Source of the DNA: Candidatus Fermentibacteraceae bacterium | Lineage (GTDB): Bacteria; Fermentibacterota; Fermentibacteria; Fermentibacterales; JCC-6 | Direction: 5' to 3' | Assembly: GCA_041750285.1 (NCBI GenBank) | Contig: JBGSZS010000018.1 | Location: 306,329 to 370,328 of the forward strand | DNA length: 64,000 bases | Shown: one piece after another, positions 54,373-64,000 of the stretch | How the letters are laid out: every line of letters starts with the position of its first letter | Position numbering within the stretch: position 1 is the stretch's first letter | Translations under genes and position numbers: made by a program | The notes under the pieces: model-generated | Told to the model about the DNA's origin: nothing | The model's input: only the letters and a program-made list of their open reading frames with translations | The model's database searches: none

Positions 54373-57255
54373 ATGAAGCGAGCCGATAAATGGCGCATCT
54401 GGAGCTCCGCAGCGCTTTTCGTCACGGCGGTGTTGATGATCTGGCCCACCATCAGGTGGTATTCGATCCCATCACTGGAACGGGACAAGGCAGAGGCAAG
54501 CGCCCAGCCTGAAACCTCAAACCCCTATTTCCGTTCACTGCTCGACCAGATGCAGACCGATGGCGGAGAGGCCGAGATCCAGCGCTACCGCGATATTTAC
54601 GATCTCAGCCGGGGCACGATCAGACTTGGTCTCGACCTTCAGGGCGGCATGTATCTCGCTTACACGGTCGAGCCGACACCCGGCCTCGACCCCGACGAAG
54701 CTCTGGACCTGGCTCTGGAAGTCATCAGGAACCGTATAGACGAGTTCGGAGTTTCCGAGCCGTCCATCACCCGTCAGGGGGATGACCGCATAGTGGTGCA
54801 GCTCCCCGGTGTGAGGGACCCCGCTCGCGCAAGGGCGATCGTCGAAAGACAGGCGCTTCTCGAGTTCAAGGTGGTTGCCTACCCCAACCATGCCAACAAT
54901 CAGACCGCTCCCTCGTCCGTGCAGACAATACGCGACATCGAAAGCGCTCTGGAAGCGGCGGTGCCTGCAACCGCCATTGAGGTCACCGAGACACCCGAAC
55001 CGGCAATCACGGCCGACAGCGCATCTGCAACTGACGCCCTGCCTGTGGCAGACAGCGCCACGGTGCCGGTTGACACTTCCTCGAATGCAAATTCAGCTTT
55101 TTCCCTTCCCGAAGAAACCGAAAACCCGCTGACCCAGCCCCAGGCCGACGATTCGACCGAACCGCTGCTTCTCGAAGCTTCGGGCAGGCTGGGTTCACTT
55201 ATCACAATTGCGGACGAGACATTCAGACCTCTGCGAATATCTCCGGGGGACTGGGTGCTTGTTGTGGGTGAGAACCTTGAAGCATTCCAGGATATTGTAA
55301 ACACACCGGAAGCCAGGGCGGTCCTCGAGCGGGACAACCTCTCATTCGCCTACACCCGGCCCGAGGAAATCCCCGGTATCGGGCAGTGCGTCGGCGTTTT
55401 CCTTGTTCCGGCCGACGTCACGAGAGGCTGGGAGAGACAGGCCGACCTCGACCGGCCCTACTACCGTCTGACTGGTGCCAACCTGAACGATGTCAGAATC
55501 CAGATGGGCAACGATCAGGCCATCACGAACGAGCCGGGCCTTATCCTGGAATTCGACGAGCAGGGCGCCGAGAACTGGGAACGCATTACGGGCGAGAACG
55601 TCGAGCAAAGGGTGTCCATAATTCTGGACGGAAGCATTTACTCCGTTGCCACCATTCGTGAGAGGATATCTGGAAGCGGCACCAGGCTCTCGGGTGGCTT
55701 CAGCGTGGATGAGGCAAGGGATCTCAGGCTTGTTCTCAAAGCCGGCTCGCTTCCCGCAAGGCTCGACATAGCCGAGGAGCAGACCATTGGCCCGAGCCTC
55801 GGCCGCAGGTCCATCGGGAACGGTGTTCTTGCCGGAATGGTCGCGCTGCTTCTCATCACCGCCTTCATGATCATCTACTACGGCCTCAGCGGTTTCATTG
55901 CCGTTCTGGCTCTTGTTTTCGACATGCTCATTATCTTCGGGTTCCTCTGCTTCCCGGGTCCGCTCGCTCAACTGGGTCTCATGGGCATGAACTCCACCCT
56001 GACCCTCCCCGGAATTGCCGGCATCATCCTTACCATAGGAATGGCGGTTGACGCCAGTGTCCTGATCTATGAGAGGATCAGGGAGGAAAGACGGACGGGC
56101 AAGGGAATCCGCTCTGCAGTTGATTCAGGCTACAACCGGGCATTCGTGACCATCCTCGACGCCAACCTAACCACCCTCATCACCGCGATGGTCCTCTACA
56201 GGTTCGGAACCGGCCCCATCAGGGGATTCGCGGTCACACTCTCGATAGGCATTCTGGCATCCATGTTCTGCTCGCTGGTTTTCACCAGGGCCTTCTTCGC
56301 CATGCTTCTGGCAAAGGTTGAAAGAACGAGCATCGGCATGGGAAGCCTTGCGTTCATCAGGGACGCCCACTGGGAGATCACTAAAAACCGCAGGAAGGTC
56401 TACATCGCATCCCTGACAGCGATCGTCATAGGTGTGATCGGCTACTTCGCCAACGGCGGATTGAACCTTTCCATCGATTTCACGGGGGGACTCGAGACCA
56501 ACGTCACGACCACTGCCCACGAGACCGGCGAGGACCTGGCGAACAGCCTTTCCGGGATGGGGCTGCTGGGTGTTCAGGTTCAGGCCCTCTCAGACTGGAC
56601 CGGCGATGGCAATGCCTACGTGGTGCGCACCTCCACCAGCGACAAGGACCAGGTCTATGAAGCTCTGGGGCAGGCCGAATGCCTGCTTATGGAGGAACAG
56701 GAAGGCGAGGAGGAGACTGCTTTCATAAAGCAGATCGGACCCCGCGTGGGCACAGAACTGAGGTCGCAGGCCGTCAACGCCATAATGATCGCCATGTTCT
56801 TCATCATCCTCTACATATGGTACCGGTTCCAGTTCAAGTGGGGCGTAGCCGCAGTGGCGGCCCTGGTACACGACATCCTGATAACCCTGGGCATCCTTGC
56901 GATCCTCCGGATCGAGGTCTCCCTGACCATCGTCGCAGCACTTCTCACGATCGTTGGTTATTCGATCAACGACACCATAGTTGTGTTCGACCGGATCAGG
57001 GAGGATGCCAGGCTCCGCAAGGGGCGCACCTTTGAAGAAGTCGTGAACAAGGGAATAAACGAGACGCTCAGCCGCACCATCATCACATCCGCAACAACCT
57101 TCGCCGCGGTCCTGATGCTGTTCATCTTCGCTCCGGGCATGCTCAGGGACTTCGCCCTGACCCTGATGATCGGCGTGCTTGTGGGAACGTTCTCATCGAT
57201 TTTCGTTGCCAGCCCGATACTCATCGACTGGCATGCGAAGATGAAGAACAAGTAG
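54373..57255 (+). CDS. secDF: Fused protein translocase SecDF
   Basis: LGLDLQGG, RIDEFGVSEP, GMAVDA.VLIYERIRE, IDFTGG, GYSINDTIVVFDRIRE. Confidence 0.96.
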   Translation: MKRADKWRIWSSAALFVTAVLMIWPTIRWYSIPSLERDKAEASAQPETSNPYFRSLLDQMQTDGGEAEIQRYRDIYDLSRGTIRLGLDLQGGMYLAYTVEPTPGLDPDEALDLALEVIRNRIDEFGVSEPSITRQGDDRIVVQLPGVRDPARARAIVERQALLEFKVVAYPNHANNQTAPSSVQTIRDIESALEAAVPATAIEVTETPEPAITADSASATDALPVADSATVPVDTSSNANSAFSLPEETENPLTQPQADDSTEPLLLEASGRLGSLITIADETFRPLRISPGDWVLVVGENLEAFQDIVNTPEARAVLERDNLSFAYTRPEEIPGIGQCVGVFLVPADVTRGWERQADLDRPYYRLTGANLNDVRIQMGNDQAITNEPGLILEFDEQGAENWERITGENVEQRVSIILDGSIYSVATIRERISGSGTRLSGGFSVDEARDLRLVLKAGSLPARLDIAEEQTIGPSLGRRSIGNGVLAGMVALLLITAFMIIYYGLSGFIAVLALVFDMLIIFGFLCFPGPLAQLGLMGMNSTLTLPGIAGIILTIGMAVDASVLIYERIREERRTGKGIRSAVDSGYNRAFVTILDANLTTLITAMVLYRFGTGPIRGFAVTLSIGILASMFCSLVFTRAFFAMLLAKVERTSIGMGSLAFIRDAHWEITKNRRKVYIASLTAIVIGVIGYFANGGLNLSIDFTGGLETNVTTTAHETGEDLANSLSGMGLLGVQVQALSDWTGDGNAYVVRTSTSDKDQVYEALGQAECLLMEEQEGEEETAFIKQIGPRVGTELRSQAVNAIMIAMFFIILYIWYRFQFKWGVAAVAALVHDILITLGILAILRIEVSLTIVAALLTIVGYSINDTIVVFDRIREDARLRKGRTFEEVVNKGINETLSRTIITSATTFAAVLMLFIFAPGMLRDFALTLMIGVLVGTFSSIFVASPILIDWHAKMKNK

Positions 57256-57270
57256 ACCGACGAAAAAGAC

Positions 57271-57300
57271 AAAGGGGGGCGGGGCGACCCGTCCCCCTTT
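57271..57300. terminator. Bidirectional terminator
   Basis: AAAGGGGGGCGGG/CCCGTCCCCCTTT between convergent genes. Confidence 0.7.
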
Positions 57301-57304
57301 CACA

Positions 57305-58510
57305 TCAGACGGGTATTGAGAGAGTAACCCTGGCCCCCCCGCCTCCGGGGAGGTTTTCGGCAGATACCTCACCCCCGACGATGGAAGCAGCCCTGCGGGC
57401 AATGGACAGTCCCAGCCCCACACCCCGACTTTCCCTGCCTTTCGTGAAGGGGGCGAACCCGCTGGACAGAATCGCCTGGGGAAAGCCGGGACCGTCGTCA
57501 CAGACGATTACCGACACGGTGGACGGGGATGCTCCAATCTCGACAGAAACCTTTGAAGAGGCATGCCTGACGGCGTTCGAAACAAGGTTGGACAAAACCC
57601 TTGCCAGCAGTTCCCTGTCAGTCCCGACAAGTGCCTGCCCGGCAAGCGTGATCTCAATCCCCTCCCTGCCCCAGGATTCCGAGGCGACAACCTCCTCTGC
57701 AACTGTGAGGACTTCGACAGGTTCAATGCTCGGCACGACTCCCCTGCCAAGGCGGTTGTACTCGAGAAGTTCTGTTACAAGTGCATTTAGTGCCGCTATA
57801 TCGGCTTCCATACGGGAAAACATCTCTTCTCGCGTTCCGCTGCCCTCCCGAAGAAGCTCGAGGGCAAGGGACAGTCTGGCCAGAGGGGTCCGCAGTTCGT
57901 GGGCCACCGAGCCCATGAGTTCCTTGTGGGAGGCAAGAAGGGTGTCGATGCGTTGAGCCATTCCGTTGAAGCTCTCCCCAAGGGCATCCAGTTCATCCGA
58001 ACCGCCGGACACCGCATAGCGGATGGTAGTGTCGCCGTTTCCCAGGATGGAGGCCGTCCTCTCAAGGTCCCTTATCTTCCTGAACACGCTTCGGAGAACA
58101 AGGTGAAGAACCACCCCCACAACCAGAAGAAGAAGCATAAGAACTCCGGTGGCGATCGAGAGCCTGGCTCCGGGAAGGGGAACCATGCCCACGATGGTGA
58201 AGGGGAAACCAGGCCTTGCGGGTATTATCACGGTTCCGGGCAGGGGCGGAGGCTCCCTGTATTCTCGTCTTCCCAGCCTGTCCTCGGGGATCAGTCTTAT
58301 CCTCACACCCATTGAGTCCGCGAGGAAGCCAACCTGCTCGGGCGTTGGAGCTGAAAGGGCTTCGACTTTCCGCTGAAAAAGATCGGCAATCGCTGCCTGC
58401 CTGGTCCTGAGATGATTCGGCAGAACAGCGCCCATGAACCATCCCGTAAAAACGATTGTCATGAGCAGAGCCACAGCGAGTGGCAGGAACACCTTCCAGT
58501 AGAGCTTCAT
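57305..58510 (-). CDS. HAMP-domain sensor histidine kinase
   Basis: HELRTPL, NL..NA, DDGPG, GLGL. Confidence 0.93.
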   Translation of the reverse strand: MKLYWKVFLPLAVALLMTIVFTGWFMGAVLPNHLRTRQAAIADLFQRKVEALSAPTPEQVGFLADSMGVRIRLIPEDRLGRREYREPPPLPGTVIIPARPGFPFTIVGMVPLPGARLSIATGVLMLLLLVVGVVLHLVLRSVFRKIRDLERTASILGNGDTTIRYAVSGGSDELDALGESFNGMAQRIDTLLASHKELMGSVAHELRTPLARLSLALELLREGSGTREEMFSRMEADIAALNALVTELLEYNRLGRGVVPSIEPVEVLTVAEEVVASESWGREGIEITLAGQALVGTDRELLARVLSNLVSNAVRHASSKVSVEIGASPSTVSVIVCDDGPGFPQAILSSGFAPFTKGRESRGVGLGLSIARRAASIVGGEVSAENLPGGGGARVTLSIPV

Positions 58511-59193
58511 CTCGAACCGTTCTTCCCGGGGCTGAGACAGTAGCCCACGCCCTGGACGGTCTTGATAAGGTCGCTGTGGTCGCCGAGTTTCTTGCGCAGT
58601 CGTGAGACCAGGACATCCACCGATCTGTCAAAGGAGATGAAATCGATGCCCCTGACCTCCTCCAGAAGCCTGGCCCTCTCCTGTACCCTGCCCGCCCTGC
58701 GGGCAAGCAGGAGCAGAAGATCGAACTCAGCGGTTGTAAGATCGAGGGAAATGCCATCCAGAATGGCCGTCCTGCCCTGGGCATCGATCCTGAGAGAACC
58801 CAGGTCGATCATTTCGGCTTCAAGGTCGTTGCTGCTGCGCCTGAGAAGGGCTCTGACCCTGGCCAGCAGAACCCTCGGTGTGACAGGTTTGACGATATAG
58901 TCGTCAGCCCCGATCTCCAGCCCTGCAACCATGTCGGAATCCTCGCCCAGGGCCGTCAGCATGAGAACAGGTCCCCTCCAGAACTCCCTCAGCTTCCTCA
59001 GAACCGAAAGCCCGTCGACATCGGGCAGCATGATGTCAAGTATCACAGCATCGGGTCTTTCACGCTGAACGACCCTGGGAACCGAGACGCCATGATGGAG
59101 TAGGAACACCTGCATACCGTGACTGGTCAGGTAACGGGACACAAGGGAAGCCAGTGCGACATCATCCTCGACAAGAAGTATCTTTTCGTTCAC
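58507..59193 (-). CDS. OmpR-family response regulator
   Basis: VEDD, LDIMLP, GADDY..KP, I.TV.GVGY. Confidence 0.95.
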   Translation of the reverse strand: MNEKILLVEDDVALASLVSRYLTSHGMQVFLLHHGVSVPRVVQRERPDAVILDIMLPDVDGLSVLRKLREFWRGPVLMLTALGEDSDMVAGLEIGADDYIVKPVTPRVLLARVRALLRRSSNDLEAEMIDLGSLRIDAQGRTAILDGISLDLTTAEFDLLLLLARRAGRVQERARLLEEVRGIDFISFDRSVDVLVSRLRKKLGDHSDLIKTVQGVGYCLSPGKNGSR

Positions 59194-59254
59194 GGCGCCT
59201 CCATTGTGCTATTCTATGGCGCGGCAAGTCCGCAATCAATCCGAAAGGTGAATC

Positions 59255-59806
59255 ATGATAGCTGTGCTTCTTTACCTTCTGCTGACGAATTCCACCCCTG
59301 TCGAACCGTCATATGTCATCGAATACCCGGGCATCGCTTTCGGATGGCTCCCGGGCGAACTCAATCCCCCGGCTGAAGGGGTCATCTCCGCTGAGACCGG
59401 CACGTTCAGCTCACAGCCAGGCTCCCATGGCTACGATTACAGGATCATGTACTGGCGTCTCGAAGAAGACCTTGACTCCGTTGACAAAGGCCTCTGGCTG
59501 AGACAGAAGCTCGAAACCGTCCTTCCCCCAGATGTCCTTCCGGGTGTTGTGTTCGGCTCCATGAACTGGGCCGAGGGCAGCACAGCCGTCTCACACACGG
59601 GGGTGCGCTCAATCGGCCTCACCGCTTCGGTGAACTTCAACCTGCTTTCCGGGTCAAGCGTAATGTTCAGCGGGACTGCTTACGGGGTATTCCGTGACGG
59701 TTACGCTGTTCTGATCTACGGCATGGCCCCGCGGGAAGCCTCCCCCGCTATCAAAGAGGTCATGGAGTTCATCATTGCCAACGCCTGGATGCTTCCCGGC
59801 TCCTGA
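59255..59806 (+). CDS. Hypothetical exported protein
   Basis: AGGTGA RBS; hydrophobic N-terminus. Confidence 0.6.
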   Translation: MIAVLLYLLLTNSTPVEPSYVIEYPGIAFGWLPGELNPPAEGVISAETGTFSSQPGSHGYDYRIMYWRLEEDLDSVDKGLWLRQKLETVLPPDVLPGVVFGSMNWAEGSTAVSHTGVRSIGLTASVNFNLLSGSSVMFSGTAYGVFRDGYAVLIYGMAPREASPAIKEVMEFIIANAWMLPGS

Positions 59807-60506
59807 AACCGTGCACCCGCACGGCAAGAACGAGATACATGACCGAGTGAAGCAGAAGGATCAGCAGCATTCCGGGGCGGAAAATGCCGCTGATGGTGTG
59901 GGATACAAGCCTGCCGGTGGCTGGTGCTATCCACTGGGACACACCCCTGCCAAACAGACCGGGCAACAGAGAAAACACAAAAAAGCACGAACCCAGCCAG
60001 GCCGCACCCGGACCATCCGCTACCGTGGACAGAAGGGCTGACAGACACACCGCCCAGAAGAGCACCGGTGTACACCACCCTACCAGAAAGAGAAACCCGG
60101 CAAGGTTGAAACCATCCGAAGCCTGCATCACAGCAGCACCCATGATGCACATTATCCCGAAATAGGTCATGAAGAGCGATGCCATGGCGCCAAGCAGATC
60201 ACCCGGCGTTCCCCTGCCACTGAGGGGTCTTTCGAAGCTCCACCCCCTGGTAAAGCTGAAAGCCCCTCTGACAAGGGCCAGCAGTGACACCACGATGGTC
60301 ACGTTCCAAAGAAGCATCCGAAGGGTCTGGTTCCTGGTAAACGGGCCAATCATGCCCTGGGTTTCGAGATTGCCTTCCACAAGCGCAACAAGCGCCACCA
60401 TCACAGGCACCGCAATAAGTATCACCAGATTGCGAAGCTCAAGGAATTCCCGCGCACCCTCGCGAAAAGCGCGGCTGAAACTTAGATTACGACCGGATGC
60501 AACCAC
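59772..60506 (-). CDS. Multi-pass membrane protein (ABC-2 permease-like topology)
   Basis: About six TM segments; start uncertain. Confidence 0.55.
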   Translation of the reverse strand: MVASGRNLSFSRAFREGAREFLELRNLVILIAVPVMVALVALVEGNLETQGMIGPFTRNQTLRMLLWNVTIVVSLLALVRGAFSFTRGWSFERPLSGRGTPGDLLGAMASLFMTYFGIMCIMGAAVMQASDGFNLAGFLFLVGWCTPVLFWAVCLSALLSTVADGPGAAWLGSCFFVFSLLPGLFGRGVSQWIAPATGRLVSHTISGIFRPGMLLILLLHSVMYLVLAVRVHGFRSREASRRWQ

Positions 60507-60537
60507 TCCACACCTCCGTAGAGGGGATAGATAGCCC

Positions 60538-61422
60538 ATGAAGCAGGTCTTGGCCAGTCTCCCGATAGTTCTTCTCTTCGGTTGCGGGGGGACAGGCTTC
60601 ACCGGTTATGCCTCCCGTGACCTTGGCGAAGTGGTCATCCTTCTCAATCCGGACAGCGGGGCAACGGTTACAGGTATCCCCCTGCACGGCACTCCGGTGG
60701 AATTCGCCAACCACCTGACAACACAGGGTGTTACACAGATGAAAATGTGGTCTTCCTCCCACGACACCACGGGCATTCAAAGGCTTCAGGAGAACACTGC
60801 CTTTCCAGTTCTGTTCGATTCTGGGGAGCCAAGAGTGACCCTTCACCTAGACGGCCTTCACTGGGAACTCAGAATCTCCCAGGGCGCACTTACCACAGGA
60901 ACGGCGATCATCACGAACAACACCGGCGAAACCTGGACTGCCGACATCGTTGAACTCGCAGGCGAAGATGGCGTTATCGCAAGAAGCAGCGGACCCGTTC
61001 GCATCCCCACAGAAGGCGCAGTCTTCCCGTGGTGGGAGCTCGGAGCAGCACGCCCCGACACCATGCTCATCTACGACTTCCCGGTTCAGGGAAGATGGAA
61101 CGCCGTGATAGCAATTCCACTGCAGGGCACACCTCCTCCCCTTCCCAAAAGTCATGAAGGAACCCTGACGAACGACACACTATGGCTTCCTGCGGACAAC
61201 CTGATCCGGACAAGCCTGACATGGACACGAAGAAGCAACGGCTACAACTGCACCCTTGACCTGAGATCGACATCAGACAAAGAGGTGAACTACAGGGTCA
61301 TCCTCCCGGAAAGGCTTCCGAGAGGAGCCATAACACAACCGGGAGAGGGCTTCTCCCCGCGTATCACCCTGCCCGCCGGACACTCGATACAGCTCAGGTA
61401 CACTGAAGTCTACCAAAGGTGA
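60538..61422 (+). CDS. Hypothetical lipoprotein
   Basis: Lipobox LFGC; ITNNTG..W. Confidence 0.65.
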   Translation: MKQVLASLPIVLLFGCGGTGFTGYASRDLGEVVILLNPDSGATVTGIPLHGTPVEFANHLTTQGVTQMKMWSSSHDTTGIQRLQENTAFPVLFDSGEPRVTLHLDGLHWELRISQGALTTGTAIITNNTGETWTADIVELAGEDGVIARSSGPVRIPTEGAVFPWWELGAARPDTMLIYDFPVQGRWNAVIAIPLQGTPPPLPKSHEGTLTNDTLWLPADNLIRTSLTWTRRSNGYNCTLDLRSTSDKEVNYRVILPERLPRGAITQPGEGFSPRITLPAGHSIQLRYTEVYQR

Positions 61423-61466
61423 ACTTGACCCTGCCCACCGGGAATTAGTAGTTTACGCCTCCCGGT

Positions 61467-61543
61467 GCGCCCGTAGCTCAATTGGATAGAGCATCTGGCT
61501 ACGGACCAGAAGGTTTGGGGTTCGATTCCCTACGGGCGTACCA
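61467..61543 (+). tRNA. tRNA-Arg (ACG)
   Basis: Cloverleaf GCGCCCG/CGGGCGT, anticodon arm TCTGG-CTACGGA-CCAGA, TTCGATT T-loop, encoded CCA. Confidence 0.97.
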
Positions 61544-63151
61544 ACCGGGTCTCCCAACGAACTTTTGCGTTTTGGTAAATGTCGCCGAGGCTGTATGTCC
61601 TTGGTTGCCAATGATTCCGATCCTCAGCCCGAATTTGCCGTCCCAGTAGATTTTGTCAACCAGTGATCCAATCAGCTTTTTCTGTTCGGATGGGTTCAAA
61701 GTCTTGATCGAGCCCGAAAACCTGTCGAGGGACGCAATCACTGCCTCAGTCGCCACCCTGTAGCTCCCATACTCCGTGGCACGTGCCTCCTTTTCCGAAA
61801 TGTTTGCTTCCAGGGAAGCCTTCTGTTGGCTCTTCTCCTCGAGCTTCTCCGCGATGACTCGTTGTGCTTCCTTGTCTACTCCACTGTGCGTGTACACAAG
61901 CGAATCAATTCGGCTCAACACCCTCTTCAATGTGTTCTTGAGGGTCTTGATCTCCTTCTGCAGGCGCGGCACTTCCTCTGTCAGTCTGGCGTTCGTCTCC
62001 TCTATGATCCGCGCAAGCACATCCGGCTTGAACGCAAGCTCCGAGAGACACTTCACAACTGTGTCTTCGAGCTTTTTTGCGGGTATGGACGAAACCTTGC
62101 AGTCCTTATTCCTGCAGGTATACCTAAAATATCTCTTGTCGGAGGCTTTCTTCGTCGATTCCGCGTTCATTTTCTCGAGGCAGGATCCGCAGTAGACCAC
62201 ATCCGACAGAATGTATGTATGCCTCTGGGGCGTCACGACGCTGTGACCTGTTGTCTTTCCTTTGTCCATCAGAGATTGAACCTCGTAGAAAAGCTCCCTG
62301 TCGACGATGGGCTTCCACGTGGCCTCGACCTCTTCGTACTGCTCATCTTCACCGGAGTCGTCCATCGGGTTGAACATTTTTTCCTTGTTTATGGACAGCA
62401 GCCCAATGTACTCCCGGCTCCGAAGTATCCTCCGGACGGTCTCGAACGTGAACAACCTGCCGCCTCGAGTTGTCCCGTGCTTGGAAACTCGCGTTTTTGT
62501 TCGATAGCCCTGTTCGTTAAGGAACGCCACTACCTTTCTGATGGCCCCCCACTCGAGGTATTTCCGAAACATCAATTCAACTACTGCAGCTTCCTCCGGG
62601 TTCGGAACAAGCTCCCCCGGATTCGCTCCAAGATCGAACCCAAAGGGATGCGTCCCTCCGGTCCACCTTCCCTTCCTGGCACGGGCCTTCTTGCTTGTTT
62701 TCATCCGGTCGCTGATCTGCTCACGCTCGAGTTCAGCAAGGGCCATCAGAACAACTGTGATGAAGCGTCCATAGAACGAAGTAGTGTCTATCTGCTGGGT
62801 CACGCTGACGAAATCAACCTTGTGTGCCTCCAAAAAATCGAAAAAAACAAAAAAGTCCCTGATCGACCGACTCACCCTGTCCAGTCTCGAACAGAGAACC
62901 GTGTTCACAACTCCCGCTTGAATGTCGGTATACAGGTTCTGAAACTCTTCACTCTGAACAGATTTGCTTCCGGATACCCCTTCGAGACGGTAGGTTCTTG
63001 TCTCTTCCCAACTCTCCGTAGACTCCTCAGTGCCGTTCTTGAAGGCGATGTATGCCCTCATCTTCTCTATCTGGGTCGGAATCGACCCTTCCTTCACCCT
63101 CGCCTGCTTGGGGTCACTCACCCTGGCAATCAGCGCACACTTATGAATCAT
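61499..63151 (-). CDS. Large serine recombinase (integrase)
   Basis: ARVSD catalytic Ser, RLDRVSRS, AELEREQISDR, PFGF, Zn-ribbon CxxC...C, coiled coil. Confidence 0.95.
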   Translation of the reverse strand: MIHKCALIARVSDPKQARVKEGSIPTQIEKMRAYIAFKNGTEESTESWEETRTYRLEGVSGSKSVQSEEFQNLYTDIQAGVVNTVLCSRLDRVSRSIRDFFVFFDFLEAHKVDFVSVTQQIDTTSFYGRFITVVLMALAELEREQISDRMKTSKKARARKGRWTGGTHPFGFDLGANPGELVPNPEEAAVVELMFRKYLEWGAIRKVVAFLNEQGYRTKTRVSKHGTTRGGRLFTFETVRRILRSREYIGLLSINKEKMFNPMDDSGEDEQYEEVEATWKPIVDRELFYEVQSLMDKGKTTGHSVVTPQRHTYILSDVVYCGSCLEKMNAESTKKASDKRYFRYTCRNKDCKVSSIPAKKLEDTVVKCLSELAFKPDVLARIIEETNARLTEEVPRLQKEIKTLKNTLKRVLSRIDSLVYTHSGVDKEAQRVIAEKLEEKSQQKASLEANISEKEARATEYGSYRVATEAVIASLDRFSGSIKTLNPSEQKKLIGSLVDKIYWDGKFGLRIGIIGNQGHTASATFTKTQKFVGRPGWYARRESNPKPSGP

Positions 63152-63671
63152 CGCCATGCCTCTCATCCGAAGGCTCCTCGATGCCGAGAGTCTTCGCGAG
63201 ACGCGCAGTTTTCCGCTCAAGCTTGCTTAGGGTTCGATCTATGTCAGCCTCAAGTCTAGGATTCCGTATAAACCGTGTCTCCTCAAACATTCTCATCTTG
63301 GTTATCAATTCCAAGTTCACTTTTGCAATCCCGCTAAGGGCTCGCTCATACTTCTCCTCAGATTCCTGCGCCATTTTTACTTTGTCGATGATAAGCTTCA
63401 ACTCGCCAGCTTTAAGCAACTCGCCAGCTTTTAGCAGCTCCTGGCGAATCTTGAAATACTCAAAGAAGAAAGCATCCCTGCCCTGATCTTTGAAGTGCTT
63501 CTCTGCGAGTGGCACCCACTTCGACACAGCTTTCGCCACCAGCTTCACGAACTCGTCAAGACGGGCATCGTAGGAGTCACACTCAATGAAGTCAATGGTC
63601 ACATCGAGGTCGTAGTCGGTTTCGAGGAAAGGGATTTCTTCAGGAAGCACGAGTTTCTTCTTTGTCCCCAT
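63141..63671 (-). CDS. Hypothetical protein upstream of and overlapping integrase start
   Basis: GGGAGG RBS; charged helical protein; internal ELLKAG tandem repeat. Confidence 0.65.
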   Translation of the reverse strand: MGTKKKLVLPEEIPFLETDYDLDVTIDFIECDSYDARLDEFVKLVAKAVSKWVPLAEKHFKDQGRDAFFFEYFKIRQELLKAGELLKAGELKLIIDKVKMAQESEEKYERALSGIAKVNLELITKMRMFEETRFIRNPRLEADIDRTLSKLERKTARLAKTLGIEEPSDERHGDDS

Positions 63672-63740
63672 CCTGACCTCCCGACTGAGCATGGAACTGC
63701 TGATCAACATACCCGGGCATCGTAACCTGATTCAGCGGTG

Positions 63741-63769
63741 AGTATGAAACCACGCCTCGGGAAGGTCAA
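63741..63769 (-). promoter_or_regulatory. Promoter for hypothetical-integrase operon
   Basis: TTGACC, 17 bp, CATACT. Confidence 0.6.
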
Positions 63770-63861
63770 CGAGGGATGACGGCAAAGACCCCTCCCTGCT
63801 CTTCACTGAACTTGATCTCCTGTAGTTGCAACTGGGCAATCAACCGGCTGTGAAGTTGGGT

Positions 63862-64000
63862 TGAAGTGTCCCCACTTTTGTAGACAGCTCGTGGGTCGGT
63901 TTTCGTTAGACTCAGGCAGCTTCATGGTTTCCGGTTTCCCGGCTTGAGTATATGGCATCCGGAGTCCTGTCTCCAAGAGATGAGTGCTTTCTCTCCATGT
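63862..64000 (-). mobile_element. IS3-family element right end (partial)
   Basis: TGAAGTGTCCCCACTTTTGTAGACA terminal IR (63862-63886); transposase C-terminus MERKHSSLGDRTPDAIY...* ending at 63912. Confidence 0.85.

Larger units (their letters stand above)
61544..64000. mobile_element. Edge of an integrative element at tRNA-Arg
   Basis: Integrase abutting tRNA 3' end, visibly more AT-rich sequence, nested IS end. Confidence 0.75.

Noticed and set aside
61826..63259. 477-aa plus-strand ORF
   Set aside because: Antisense shadow of the serine recombinase with no recognisable motifs

Overview
GC-rich bacterial chromosome segment. Several secreted proteins carry T9SS-like/FlgD-Ig C-terminal domains (amidase, FG-GAP, C13 and C25 proteases) and two carry a short TWxxIKxxF-type tail, which suggests an FCB-group anaerobe such as Fermentibacterota (inference). 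Contents in order: a divergent methionine cluster (archaeal-type DUF39 homocysteine synthase plus COG2122, behind a SAM-I/IV-type riboswitch with promoter and terminator; metF plus split metH on the other strand); many envelope and secreted proteins; NatAB; a DEAD-box helicase; EamA/MATE transporters; a RAYT-like HUH nuclease bracketed by 27-bp inverted repeats; an apparently catalytically dead rhamnose-isomerase homolog; a housekeeping block (nnr, acpS, tsaD, rplI, rpsR, two ssb-like genes, rpsF); gingipain; suhB; iscR-iscU-iscS; secDF; a two-component system; and tRNA-Arg(ACG). The tRNA is followed by the edge of an integrated element whose large serine recombinase ORF ends inside the antisense strand of the tRNA. 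An IS3 end closes the window. All calls come from reading motifs by eye; no database searches were run.
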